A DNA stretch of 64,000 nucleotides, taken from the NCBI GenBank assembly GCA_963829055.1, contig CAWHHI010000012.1, positions 448,001 through 512,000 of the forward strand. Direction: 5' to 3'. Positions 36,214-47,051 of this stretch are shown piece by piece. Every line of letters starts with the position of its first letter. The first letter of the stretch is position 1. The DNA is from an uncultured Gemmatimonadaceae bacterium (lineage in GTDB: Bacteria; Gemmatimonadota; Gemmatimonadetes; Gemmatimonadales; Gemmatimonadaceae). A model generated the notes under the pieces. It saw only the letters and a list, made by a program, of their open reading frames with translations, ran no database searches and was not told where the DNA came from. Position numbers and translations under genes: made by a program.

Positions 36214-36856
36214 GTGGACAAAGGGCATTCTGACCGCGAGCGAGTTGGCTGGTTACGTCGATCATGCGCTGGACGCCGACGCGCGTCGAGCGGCCGAGGA
36301 GCATCTCGAACAATGCGCGGAGTGCCGCCACGAGGCGACGGCGATCATCAACGTAGCCGACTCGTACGAAGCCGACGCGCCCGTGGTCGAGGTGCGTGCG
36401 CACTCCGCCGCCACGGCTTCCGCGCGATCGCGTGCTGGTTGGCGCCGAGTGGCTGTGGCAATCGGTTCAGGCGTCCTCGCGGCGGGACTCGTCCTCAGCG
36501 TCGTCGCGCGACAACCTGACAGTCGTGATGAGCGGATCGCCGCTGTTCGCGCTCCGCACACCTCAGCGCGAGCAGGTGAAACCGTGGTGGCGGCGGCCGC
36601 GCCAGCGGATGGGGCCACGATCCCCGCTCGGGGCGCTGTGTTCAGCTGGTACCGCGCGACAACTGACACGTACCGGTTCACGCTGGCCACGCAGAGTGGC
36701 GAGCCGGTGTGGTCACGAGAGACCTCCGATACGAGCGTTGCCCTCCCTGCGGCAGTCTCGCTCGAGCCGGGTCGCACGTACTTCTGGCACGTCGACGCAA
36801 TCGCTGACGGCATCGTGGCCGCGTCAGCCGCGCGGCAGTTCATGGTCGCGCCGTGA
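36214..36856 (+). CDS. zf-HC2 (ZAS) membrane anti-sigma factor with extracytoplasmic Ig/Fn3-like domain (start uncertain; ORF track begins at 36107)
   Basis: ELAGYVDHAL...EEHLEQCAEC (HxxxCxxC), TM VAVAIGSGVLAAGLVLSVVA and C-terminal LEPGRTYFWHVDA. Confidence 0.8.
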
Positions 36857-39790
36857 CACTGTCGCGCGGGCACGTGCTCGCGCTCCTGCTTGCGGTGACT
36901 GTCGAAGGGTGCGGCCGTGGCGAGCGCCTCACGTCGCGCACGGCCGCCGACTCTGTCTGGTCTGCGGGTAAGGCACATTATGACGCGGGAGCGTACGACA
37001 GCGCGGCAGGACTCTGGACCGTCGGGCTGCGCCTAACGCGTCAAGCCGCCGACTCGGCCGGCCAGGCGCGAACGCTGACCTGGCTCGGCCTCGCGCTCTG
37101 GCACCTCGGGAACCTCGACAGCGCGCGCGCGCTCGAGGACCAGGCGCTGTCGCTCGAGCTACGCCCACAGGATGCTCGCTTGCGATGGCGCACGCTCAAC
37201 GCGCTTGGGTTGATCGAGCGGGATCAGAACCGCTACGAGGAGGCAGCCACCCGTTTCACCGAGGCACTCGCGAGCGCCCGCGCCGCCAACGACGCCGAGG
37301 GCATGGCCAAGGTCGCGGGCAACATTGCTCTCACGGCGGGAGATCTCGGCGATCTGCGCGGCGCTCGCGTCGGCCACCGCGCCTTGCGCGCGGCGGGTCG
37401 CCAGCTGGGCGACGCCGCGACGGAGGCGAACGGTCTTGCCAACGAGGCGATGATCGACGTCTGGGAGGGCAACCCGCGACCGGCGATCGCCAAACTCGAT
37501 ACCGCGTACAAGCTCTACGCCCGAACGGGGTTCGCGGCCGGCGAGCGTAACGTGTGGCGCCAGCTCGCGACCGCGTTCGAGCTCACTGGCGAGTACGATC
37601 GCGCTTTCGCCGCGCTCGACTCGGCGCTCGCGCTCGACCGGCGTGATCACGCGCGGGCGGAGGAGAGCGAGTCGCTTCGCTTGCTCGCCGACCTGCACGC
37701 CGACCTCGGCGACCAGCGTCGGGCGGCGCGCTTCTTCCGGCAGGCAGAGATCATCACCCGCGCGACCGGGGCCGCGTCGAACCTCGCGAGCATCTTGCGC
37801 GGCACGGCTGCGACCGAGCTCGCACTCGGCAACTCCGGCCACGCGCGTGCCGCAGCCACTGAGGCGCTCCGACTGCATCGCGCGTCCGGAGAGCCGCTCG
37901 ATGAGGTGGACGATCTCGTACTGCTCGCCGAAGTGGAAGCGCATGCGGGCAACCGCGACGCCGTCGTTGCGAGGCTCGGTGAGGCCCGCGAGATGGCTGC
38001 GAGGAGTGACGTGCGCGGCGCGCGCGCGACGGTAGCGCTCGCGGCCGCGCGCTTCGCCGACGCGTTAGGCGATGCGCCTGGCACCCTCGGCGCGCTGCGA
38101 GACATCGACTCGACAAGCCTCGCGCTCGACGCCGGCATCGGGCAGCATGCGAGCGCGCTGGCCGCACGCGCGTGGGCGCGACTCGGCCAGCTCGACTCTG
38201 CTGCGGCATCTGGTCGGCGGGCGTGGCGGCGCTCGAAGCGACGCGCGGCAGCCTGCCGTCGGACATGCTGCGCTCGGCGTTCGTCGCCGATCGCGCGGAC
38301 GTGTACGCGGACCTCGCGCTGGTGCTCTTACGGTTGCGGCGCACGGACGAAGCCTTCGTCGTCGCGGACGCCGCGCGAGGACGGGAGCTGCTGACGCATC
38401 TTGGCGCCTTGCGCGATGACGCTGCTGCGTCATCAGCGATTGCGCCGTCACTCCAACAACGCGCCGAGCTGCTGCGGCGCATCGACGCGCTCGTAGAGCG
38501 CGTTCGACGAGGCGGCTCCTCCAGTCGGCCGGAGCGCGGACCCGCCGCGAGGACAACGGACCGGGCCAGTGCCGACGTGGTCACGCAGCTCGCTGCGGCA
38601 CGTGACGAGTACGAGGCACTCATGAGCCGCGCTGCGGAGCGCGCACCTCGCCCCGTCGCGGTGCTCGGCGCGACCTCGCTCTCGGTCGCGCGCGTGCGTG
38701 AGGCGCTAGCGCCCGGCGAGCTTCTCGTCGAGTACCTGCTCACGCGCCAGGGTTTGCTCATCTTCGCCGTCGACCGAGCCGGCGTGCGGGTTGAGCACGT
38801 CGAGGGCTTGCGGGCCAGCGGAGCCGCACTCGTCGAACGGGTGCGTCTCCTTCGTGATCTCTGGGGAACACCACGTCCGGACTGGAGTTCTGGCCTCGCG
38901 GCGTCGTGGGCTCTGGACAGCGCACTCGTCGCGCCACTTCGCGCACGCGGGCTGCTGCGCGGCGTGTCGCGCCTGATCGTGGTGCCGCACGGAGTCCTCG
39001 GACAGGTCCCATTTGCCGCGCTTCAGGACGCCGCGTCGCGCCGGTTCCTGATCGAAGATGTCGCGCTCACACTCCTCCCGTCCGCCGCCGCGCTCCCAGC
39101 GCTCCGGGAGCGTGGCGCACACCTCAGCGGAGTCGAGGGCGCCGATGGCTTCGCGCCGTTCGACCGGCAACTCCCGGCGAGCGCCCGCGAGATCGCCACG
39201 CTTCGGAACGCTGCGAACCACCCACGACTCTGGATCGGGCCGCGAGGCCAACGAGACAGCACTCCGGTCCGCACTCGCCAGCGGCCAGCATCGTGCACGT
39301 GGCGACGCATGGTGTGCTCGACAGTCGAAATCCGATGTTCTCCCACATCGAGCTCGCGATCTCGCCGGCCGGCACCGCGAACGATGACGGTCGCCTCGAA
39401 GCGCACGAGCTGCTTTCCCTCACCGTCCGCAGTCCGCTGGTGTTCGTGTCGGGGTGCGAAACGGGGATCGACTGGAAGTGGAGCCTTGATCCCGTGCGCG
39501 GGAGCGGTGAGCCGACACTGGCTCAGGCCTTCCTGGCCGCGGGCGCGTCATACGTGATCGCGACGCTCTGGCGCATCGATGACGTGGGCGCGTCGATGCT
39601 GGCCGAGCGCTTCTACGCGCGCCTCTCGCGCGTGTCGGTCGCGGAGGCGCTCGCGGCGGCCCAACGCGATCTCCTGCACGACCCACGGTACGCGAGCCCC
39701 TACTACTGGGCCGGCTTCACGCTGAGTGGAGGCGGCGGCTTCGGAGCAGATTCGCAATTCGTCCGGTCGGCATCCGTGTCACCGAACTAG
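36853..39790 (+). CDS. Exported TPR + CHAT (caspase-like) protease (frameshifts near 38215 and 39245)
   Basis: Lipoprotein-like leader LLLAVTVEGC, TPR-like helices, LIVVPHGVLGQVPFAAL, catalytic HVATHG and VSGCETG, and PYYWAGF. Confidence 0.9.
39753..39781 (+). promoter_or_regulatory. Candidate ECF promoter embedded in the 3' end of the CHAT gene, upstream of the secreted lipoprotein
   Basis: CGCAA-N14-ATCCGTGTCA. Confidence 0.5.
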
Positions 39791-39831
39791 CAGATCCTAA
39801 GAGACGCCTAACGCTGCCAAGGAGCCGACCC

Positions 39832-41242
39832 GTGCGACCCTCATCCCGCCATTTTCTCGCCCGCACTGCGATGATCGCGTCGCTCGTGCTCGGTGCCCTG
39901 GGCACGACGAGCTGCACCGATCCCGCCGTCACCTCACCCGGCAGGGTGCCCGCGGCCATGACGCAGCGCGCCGCGGGGGTCAGCGTAAGCGCGACCAACC
40001 CGTCGTACGGCCACCAGGGCCAGACCGGCGAGCAGGTCACGATCACCGGGAGCGGGTTCGCCACGGGCGCCACGATCGAGTGGCAGCGCAACGGCGTCGC
40101 TGACCCTCACGTCGTCGTCCGGAATGCGACGGTCGTGAGCGCGACGCAGATCGACGCCACGATCGACATCGCGTCGGACGCGCAGCTCGCGGAGTATGAC
40201 GTCGCAGTGACGAACGCCGACCGCACCAAGGGGATCGGCAGCGAGCTGTTCGAGATCACCACGGCGACGAGCATCGGAACACTCGGCGGGACCACGCAGG
40301 CCTTCGCGGCGAACGACGTAGCGAGCGGCGCACGCGTGGCAGGCATCAGCTACGTCGGGCAGTCGCGGCACGGCTTCGTGTGGATCGCGCCTAACGGGCC
40401 CATGCGAGATTTGGGTCCTGCCTACGTGAACGCGATCGACATGGCCGGCACGACTGTCGCGGGCGAGACGCAGGGCACAGGGGCATTCCCGGCGCTGTGG
40501 ACACTCGGTGCGGACGGCATCACCTGGTCCGCGCCTGTCCGGCTGCCTCTCGCGCCGACCGCGACCGGCGGCACGGCGCAGGCCATCGGCTCCGACCCTC
40601 TGACCGGCAGCGCGATCATCGTCAGCGGCTCGCAGACGACTCCAGCGGCGAGGAACAAGGTCCTCGATCAGCCGGTGCTCTGGCGCTGGAACGGCAGCGC
40701 GTGGAGTCCAGACCGTCTTACAGCTCCCCGCCGCGTACCAGGGCGTCTCGTTTCAGGCCTACGGAGTGAACGCGCGAGGTCAGGCAGTAGGCGCGGGGGG
40801 TGCGGCGATCTTCTGGGACTCGTTAGGCACGCCCACCGTGCTGCCTGGTTCCCCGGCGGGCACGCGGGAGATCAACGCTGACGGGACCATCGTCGCGGGC
40901 CAGCACAACGGCGTTGCCGCCTACTGGACGGCGACGGTCGACGCTGGCACAGGACACCGAACGTGGAGTGGTCCGTTCGACCTGCCGGGCGGCTGCGACC
41001 AGGTGAGGGGCATCGACAAGCTAGGGAACATGGTCGGCCATGCGTGTCCAGGCTCCCGGTCCGGCGCTGTCGTGTGGCGGCCGCCGTACACGAGCTACAC
41101 GCTGCTTGGGGGGCTCGGTAACTCCAGCGACGCGGGTGCGGCGTACGACATTTCGCCGAATGGTTTCATCGTCGGCTCTGCCCCGACGGGCGTCCCGAAC
41201 AGCGTCACGGTCGGCGCGTACTGGACAATCCTCTCGCCGTAG
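39832..41242 (+). CDS. Secreted lipoprotein with IPT/TIG-like domain and HAF-like beta repeats (frameshift near 40720-40765)
   Basis: Lipobox-like LGTTSC; VTITGSGFATGATI..YDVAVTNAD; repeats such as GTLGG..AFAAND, VNARGQAVG, INADGTIVAG and AYDISPNGFIVG. Confidence 0.75.
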
Positions 41243-41298
41243 CACGGCACGTCGACCGACGTCTGTTCGGTCCGGCGCGCTACTACGGCAAGAATGGG

Positions 41299-41336
41299 CG
41301 AACGGGGCCCAGCGGGATTCCGCTGGGCCCCGTTCG
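41299..41336. terminator. Perfect 17-bp hairpin between convergent genes
   Basis: CGAACGGGGCCCAGCGG-gatt-CCGCTGGGCCCCGTTCG. Confidence 0.8.
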
Positions 41337-41407
41337 TCATTTGCCCACCGTCTGAGATGGTAGGGCGTTAGGCGCAACCGTGAAACCTGCCGATTCAGCG
41401 CCGTCGC

Positions 41408-42609
41408 TTACTGCACGGCGTTGATCATGTCGAAGATCGGCAGGTACATGGCGACGACCATGCCGCCGACCACCACGCCGAGGAACACGATCATGATCGG
41501 CTCGAGGAGGCGAGAGGAGGCCGCTCACGGCCGCGTCGACTTCCTCGTCGTAGAAGTCCGCGATCTTCGAGAGCATCTCGTCCAGACCACCCGTCTGCTC
41601 GCCGACCGCGATCATCGAGATGACCATCGGCGGGAACACCGCCGACTTCTGCAGCGGCGCGGCGATCGTGTCACCGCCGGCGATCGACGCGCGCGACTGC
41701 CATGATCGCGTCCTGAATGACGCGGTTGCCGGCCGTCTTCGCCGTGATCTCGAGGCCGTCGAGGATGCTGACGCCGGACGAGATCAGCGTGCCTAACGTG
41801 CGCGTGAAGCGCGACACCGCCGACTTGCGGAGCACGTCGCCCAGCACCGGCACCTTCAGCAGCAGCCTTGTCGATCGTGCAGCTTGCCCGTTCGGCGTCG
41901 CGTAGTACCGCTTGAGCAGGAAGAACGCGCCGGCGATCGCCGCCGCCGATCAGCGTACCAGTAGCCCTTGAGGAAGCGCGAGAGCCCGATCACGATGCGC
42001 GTCGGCAGCGGCAGCGCGAGGCCGACCGAGCCGAACATGGTCTCGAACACCGGAATGACGAAGATGAGCAGCACGCAGATCGCGATCACCGCGACGCTCA
42101 TGATGACGCCCGGGTAGATCATCGCGCCCTTCACCTTTCGGACGAGCGCGTCGTTCTTTTCCATGAACGTCGCGAGGCGCATGAGAATCGTGTCGAGAAT
42201 ACCACCCGCCTCACCGGCCGCGACCATGTTCACGTACAGGTCGCTGAACGCGTTCGGATGCTTGGCGAGCGCGTCGGCGACCGTGTGGCCGGACTCGACG
42301 TCGAACACGACCGCGCGCGTCACCTCCGACAGCACCTTGTTCTCGGTCTGCTTCGCCAGAATGTCGAGCGCCTGCACGAGCGGCAGACCGGCGTTGATCA
42401 TGGTCGAGAACTGACGCGTGAAGATGACGATGTCCCGCATCTTGATGGAGCCGCGGCGTCTTCGCCTTCTTCGCCTCCTCGTCGACCTTGACGACGCTCA
42501 TGCGCTGGCGCCTGAGCTGCGCGACGACCTCTTCGCGCGACGGCGCGTCGATCGTCGCGGTCTTGAGCTCGCCGTTTACCGCCCGCGCGGTGTACGTGTA
42601 TGTAGGCAT
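41408..42609 (-). CDS. pilC: Type IV pilus platform protein PilC (GspF family; frameshifted)
   Basis: [62 protein letters not shown] and AMYLPIF. Confidence 0.95.
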
Positions 42610-42638
42610 CGTCTGTTCTCCGTTAGGGATCTTGTTTT

Positions 42639-42718
42639 CGGGAATCGGGAATCGGGAATCGGGAATCGAGGCCGCGAACGCCGTTCCGAGTCCCGATTCC
42701 CCATTCCCGATTCCCGAT
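42639..42718. repeat. (GGGAATC)4 ... (GATTCCC)n inverted heptamer repeat between pilT and pilC
   Basis: CGGGAAT x4 at 42639-42666. The right arm from 42691 is identical over 29 nt to the arm starting at 60481. Confidence 0.88.
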
Positions 42719-42722
42719 GTCC

Positions 42723-43903
42723 CTACTTCCGTCCTGCTCCCGCCTTCTCCTTGTTCAACCCGCCCGTCAACGGCTGCTCGCCGTTGCCGTTGCTGCTACT
42801 GCCATCGTCGAGCGGCATGCGGCCGATCATGCGCAGGAACTCGTTCGGGTCGCCCGACACGCGAAGACACTCCTCGTCCGTCACCTCCCGGCTCATGTAG
42901 AGCTGGTAGAGCGCGTCGTTCAGCGTCTGCATGCCGTACTTCTTGCCCGACTGCATGAGCGAGTAGATCTGGTGGATCTTGTCGTCGCGAATGAGCGCGC
43001 GAATCGCCGGCGTCACGACGAGGATCTCCGCCGCCATCGCGCGGCCGCGACCCTTCGCCTTCGGCAGCAGCGTCTGCGTGATGATCCCCTCGAGCACGAA
43101 CGCGAGCTGCGCGCGCACCTGCGACTGCTGGTGGCTCGGGAAGACGTCGATGATGCGGTTGATCGCCTCCGCCGCCGAGTTCGTGTGCAGCGTCGCGAAC
43201 GCGAGGTGACCGGTTTCGGCGATCGTCAGCGCGGCCTGGATCGTTTCCAGGTCGCGCATTTCACCGATCAGGATCGTGTCGGGGTCTTCACGCAGCGCGT
43301 ACTTGAGCGCGTTGGCGAACGACTTCGTGTCCGTGCCGACCTCGCGCTGGTTGACGATGCAGCCCTGATGCCGGTGAATGAACTCGATCGGATCTTCGAC
43401 CGTGATGATGTGGCCTTTGCGCTCGCGGTTGATCTTGTCGATCATCGCCGCGAGCGTCGTCGACTTGCCGGAGCCCGTGGGCCCCGTGACCAGCACGAGA
43501 CCGCGCGGCTTCTCCGCCATCTTCGCGATCACGGCCGGAAGTCCGAGATCGGTGAACGAGCGGATGTTGAACGGGATCTGTCGAATGACCATCGACACGC
43601 AGCCGCGCTGCTTGAAGCAGTTGCCGCGGAAGCGCGCGAGGTTCTGGATGCCGAACGAGAAGTCGAGCTCGTCCTCCATCTCGAACCGCTTCTTCTGATT
43701 CTCGGTGAGCACCGAGTACGCGAGCTGCAGCGTGTCCTTCGGCGTGAGCACGTACTCGAGCTCGGCGTTCGTGATGTCGCCGTCGACGCGGAGCTTCGCG
43801 CGCTCGCCGGCGGTGATGTGCAGGTCGGACGCGTCGCGCTCGATCATCTCCTCGAGCAGCGCGCGAAGGTTGACGCTGGTCGGCGGTTGCTGGGAGCGGT
43901 CAT
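42723..43903 (-). CDS. pilT: Type IV pilus retraction ATPase PilT
   Basis: [54 protein letters not shown] and GMQTL. Confidence 0.95.
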
Positions 43904-44103
43904 GGAACCGGTGCGATGTGGCGTGTGCAGGTGTGAGGACCGACGTGTGAGCCGAACGACTCACCGAATCCGCTTCCTCTGCGCGATTGCGACCCACGAC
44001 GCGCTGCCTATAGAGGCGGCACTCAGCTACCAACGAGACGGACCGAGGCGCGCCGTCGCGTAACGTGCAGCGAATCCGGTGTGCGTTAGGTCACGCGGCG
44101 CTG

Positions 44104-44196
44104 CAGCCGTCAGTCGTCAGTCGCAGCCGTCAGCTACTGCGGCAGCTCACGGCTGACAGCTCGCGACGTTCGAGCTGATGGCTGACGACCGATGAC
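44104..44196. repeat. Degenerate inverted heptamer repeat, (GTCAGYC)n...(GCTGAYG)n, between pilB and pilT
   Basis: gccgtcagtcgtcagtcgcagccgtcagc ... ggctgacagc ... gctgatggctgacgaccgatgac. Confidence 0.55.
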
Positions 44197-44203
44197 TTAG
44201 CTG

Positions 44204-46039
44204 CTACTGCGCTCCGGTCTCGCGAATCACCTGCTCGAGTGTCGTGATGCCCTTCAGCACCTTGAGCCAGCCGTCCATGCGCAGCGTCAGCATGCCTTCC
44301 TCGATGGCGCCGTCGCGGATCTCCGCGGCGCCGACGTTCTGCAGGATCAGGCGCCGCAGCTTCGGCGTCATGATCATGACTTCGTACAGACCCTGACGGC
44401 CCTTGAGCCCCGTGCCGCCGCACGCGTCGCAGCCCTTTCCCTTGAAGTACGGCAGCTGGCCGATCGTCGTCTCGAGCGACAGCCCTTCGAGGTGCGGCGC
44501 TGCGTCGGGCGTTGCCCGCGACGCGCGCATTGTCCAGCGCTTCCTGCGTGAACCGGAGATCGCCGAGCGTCGTGTCGCGCGTCACCTTCGCGCCCGACGA
44601 GCTCGCTGTCGTCCGGCGTGTACTTCACCCGGCACTGCGAGCAGATGCGCCTAACGAGTCGCTGCGCGAGCACCAGGTTGAGCGCCGACGCCACGTTGAA
44701 CGGCTCGAGACCCATGTCGAGCAGACGCGTCACCGTCTCCGGCGCCGAGTTCGTGTGCAGCGTCGAGAGCACGAGGTGACCCGTGAGCGCGGCCTTGATC
44801 GCGATGCCGCCCGTCTCCAGGTCTCGAATCTCACCGACCATGATGATGTTCGGGTCCTGACGCAGGAACGCCTTCAGCGCCGCCGCGAACGTCATCCCGA
44901 TGTCGGTGCGCACCTGCACCTGGTTGATCCCGAAGAGGTTGTACTCGACGGGATCTTCGGCCGTCATGATGTTGACGTCGATGTTGTTGATCTTCGACAG
45001 CGCCGAATACAGCGTCGTCGTCTTTCCGGAACCCGTCGGGCCGGTGACGAGCACCATGCCGTACGGATTCTGCACCGCCTCCATCAGCTCGCGCTCGGCG
45101 CGCGGCTCGATGCCGAACTTCTCGAGGTCGAGCGTCAGGTTGCCCTTGTCGAGAATTCGGAGCACGACCTTTTCGCCGAACAGCGTCGGCAGCGTCGAGA
45201 CGCGGTAGTCGATGACCTTGTTGCCGTACTTCAGCTTGATGCGCCCGTCCTGCGGCACGCGACGCTCGGCGATGTTGAGCGACGCCATGATCTTGAAGCG
45301 CGAGATGAGCGCCGCCTTGAGCTTGATCGGGCGGCTTCATGACTTCGCTGAGCGCGCCGTCGATGCGGTAGCGAACGCGCAGCTCGTGCTCGAAGCACTC
45401 GAAGTGGATGTCCGACGCGCCGCGCTTCACGGCGTCGGTCATGATCGCGTTGATCAGCTTGACGACCGGCGCGTCATCGACCGCGGCCGCCATCGCCGCC
45501 GCCGAGACGTCGTCGTCCGCGTCCTCGAGCACCTCAATGTCGCCGAGCGCATCGGCGGCAATGTCCTCGAGCAGCGCGGCCATCTGGACGTCCGACCCTT
45601 CGTAGTGCTTCTCGACGAAGTTGCGGAGCGTGAACTCCCCGGCGAGCACCGGGAAGATGTCGTAGCGCGTGATGAACTTCAGGTCATCGATGACCGCGAT
45701 GTTGCTCGGATCGGCCATCGCGACGGTGAGCGTGCGACCGTCGCGCTTGAGCGGCAGGATCAGGTGCTTCGTCGCGAGGTCGTTCGGGATCGAGCTTGAT
45801 GATCCGCGGATCGACCTCGAACCGCGTGAGGTCGACCGCCGGCATGCGGTGCTGCCGCGCGATGAGCTTCGTGAGCTCGTTCTCGTCGATGAAGCCGAGC
45901 TTCACGAGGCAGTAGCCGAGCCGCATGCCGCTCTGCGTCTGCTCCTGGAGGGCGCGCGAGAGCTGCTCCTTGCGAGATGAGCCCTTCGCGGACGAGCACT
46001 TCGCCGATTCGATCCTGGAGTCGCTACCGGAGCTGCCAC
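44204..46039 (-). CDS. pilB: Type IV pilus assembly ATPase PilB (frameshifted)
   Basis: N-terminal MshEN-like [24 protein letters not shown], then [45 protein letters not shown] and GCDACGGTG. Confidence 0.95.
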
Positions 46040-46788
46040 GTTAGGCGGTTCGCGAAGATGAGTGAGCGTGGTGACGCGGTAGTGTTCAGTGTCGGCATGC
46101 ACCCGCGTGTCCGCATGCGCGCGTTGCGCGATGCGCATGCTACGGCGTGCGCTCGCGACGGCACGACTTCGACGGCGGTGAACAGGCTCCTAAGTCGCGG
46201 ATCGACAACCGCATTGCTAGGACGCGCCGTGCCCGAAAACGTCACCCGCCCGCGAAGCAGCGCGACGAGCGCATGGACCGACGCCGCGAACGCGCTCGAA
46301 TCCCGTCGAGCGAACCGAACGGCCCGTTGGCGGATCGGTCTTCGACAATGCGACGCGCGAGCACGGCGCCGATCCGTGGGAGCGATTCGATCTCGCTCTC
46401 GGTCGCGACGTCGAGATCCACGAGCGCACGGCTGCGCCGATGTGTCTCGCCACGGCATTCGACTCGAAGACAGCGCGAATCGAGCGGCTACGACGTGCCG
46501 TCCGCGAGATCCGATTCGGTGGAGTCGACCGCGCTGACGGAGTCCGCACGGGTCGCGGATGGCCACGCGGCCGACGAACGCTCCTGGTTCGATCGCGCCG
46601 CCCTTCTGACGTCGCGTCTTTGTCCGCGCGCCGAATCGACCGCGGCGAGCTGTCGCGCGAGCGCCTGGCGAGTTGCTGGCGTCCGACGATCCATCGTCGC
46701 GCGCGGCACGCACGACACGCACGCTCGCGCCGAGGACAATGACGCCGGCGAGGAACAGCAGCGCTTTGCGTTCGGCGGGAGTTGGCAT
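46024..46788 (-). CDS. comEA: ComEA-like helix-hairpin-helix DNA-binding protein (frameshifted; 3' end uncertain)
   Basis: N-terminal TM MPTPAERKALLFLAGVIVLG; VDLDVATESEIESLPRIGAVLARRIVEDRSANGPFGS..ERVRGVGP reconstructed across frames. Confidence 0.8.
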   Translation of the reverse strand: MPTPAERKALLFLAGVIVLGASVRVVRAARDDGSSDASNSPGARATARRGRFGARTKTRRQKGGAIEPGAFVGRVAIRDPCGLRQRGRLHRIGSRGRHVVAARFALSSSRMPWRDTSAQPCARGSRRRDRERDRIAPTDRRRARASHCRRPIRQRAVRFARRDSSAFAASVHALVALLRGRVTFSGTARPSNAVVDPRLRSLFTAVEVVPSRAHAVACASRNARMRTRGCMPTLNTTASPRSLIFANRLTWQLR

Positions 46789-47051
46789 GGCGCCAAGATG
46801 TCGCGGCGTCGACCTCCGGACTGCATCGAAATCGTGCGCGCCGTTCCCTTTTCCCGCATGAACCCATTAAGTTCCTGCGGCGCTCGCGACAGTTGTGAGC
46901 GCTTCCTGATCGCATTACCCACCGCGCCCCCGGGTGCGGGAGAGGCTTCGCTGGCCAGGCGGCCGTGAAGCGGTCGTTCGGCCTCGGGCCACACGCCAGA
47001 CGGCCTGAGGACATGGCCGCGACCTCCCGAGCACAGCGCCATGAAGGTCAT

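Noticed and set aside
27421..44063. Long antisense or alternative-frame ORFs (for example 27421-28965 -, 42717-44063 +, 32525-33655 +)
   Set aside because: They are shadow ORFs typical of high-GC DNA, lying opposite well-supported genes and lacking recognisable motifs.
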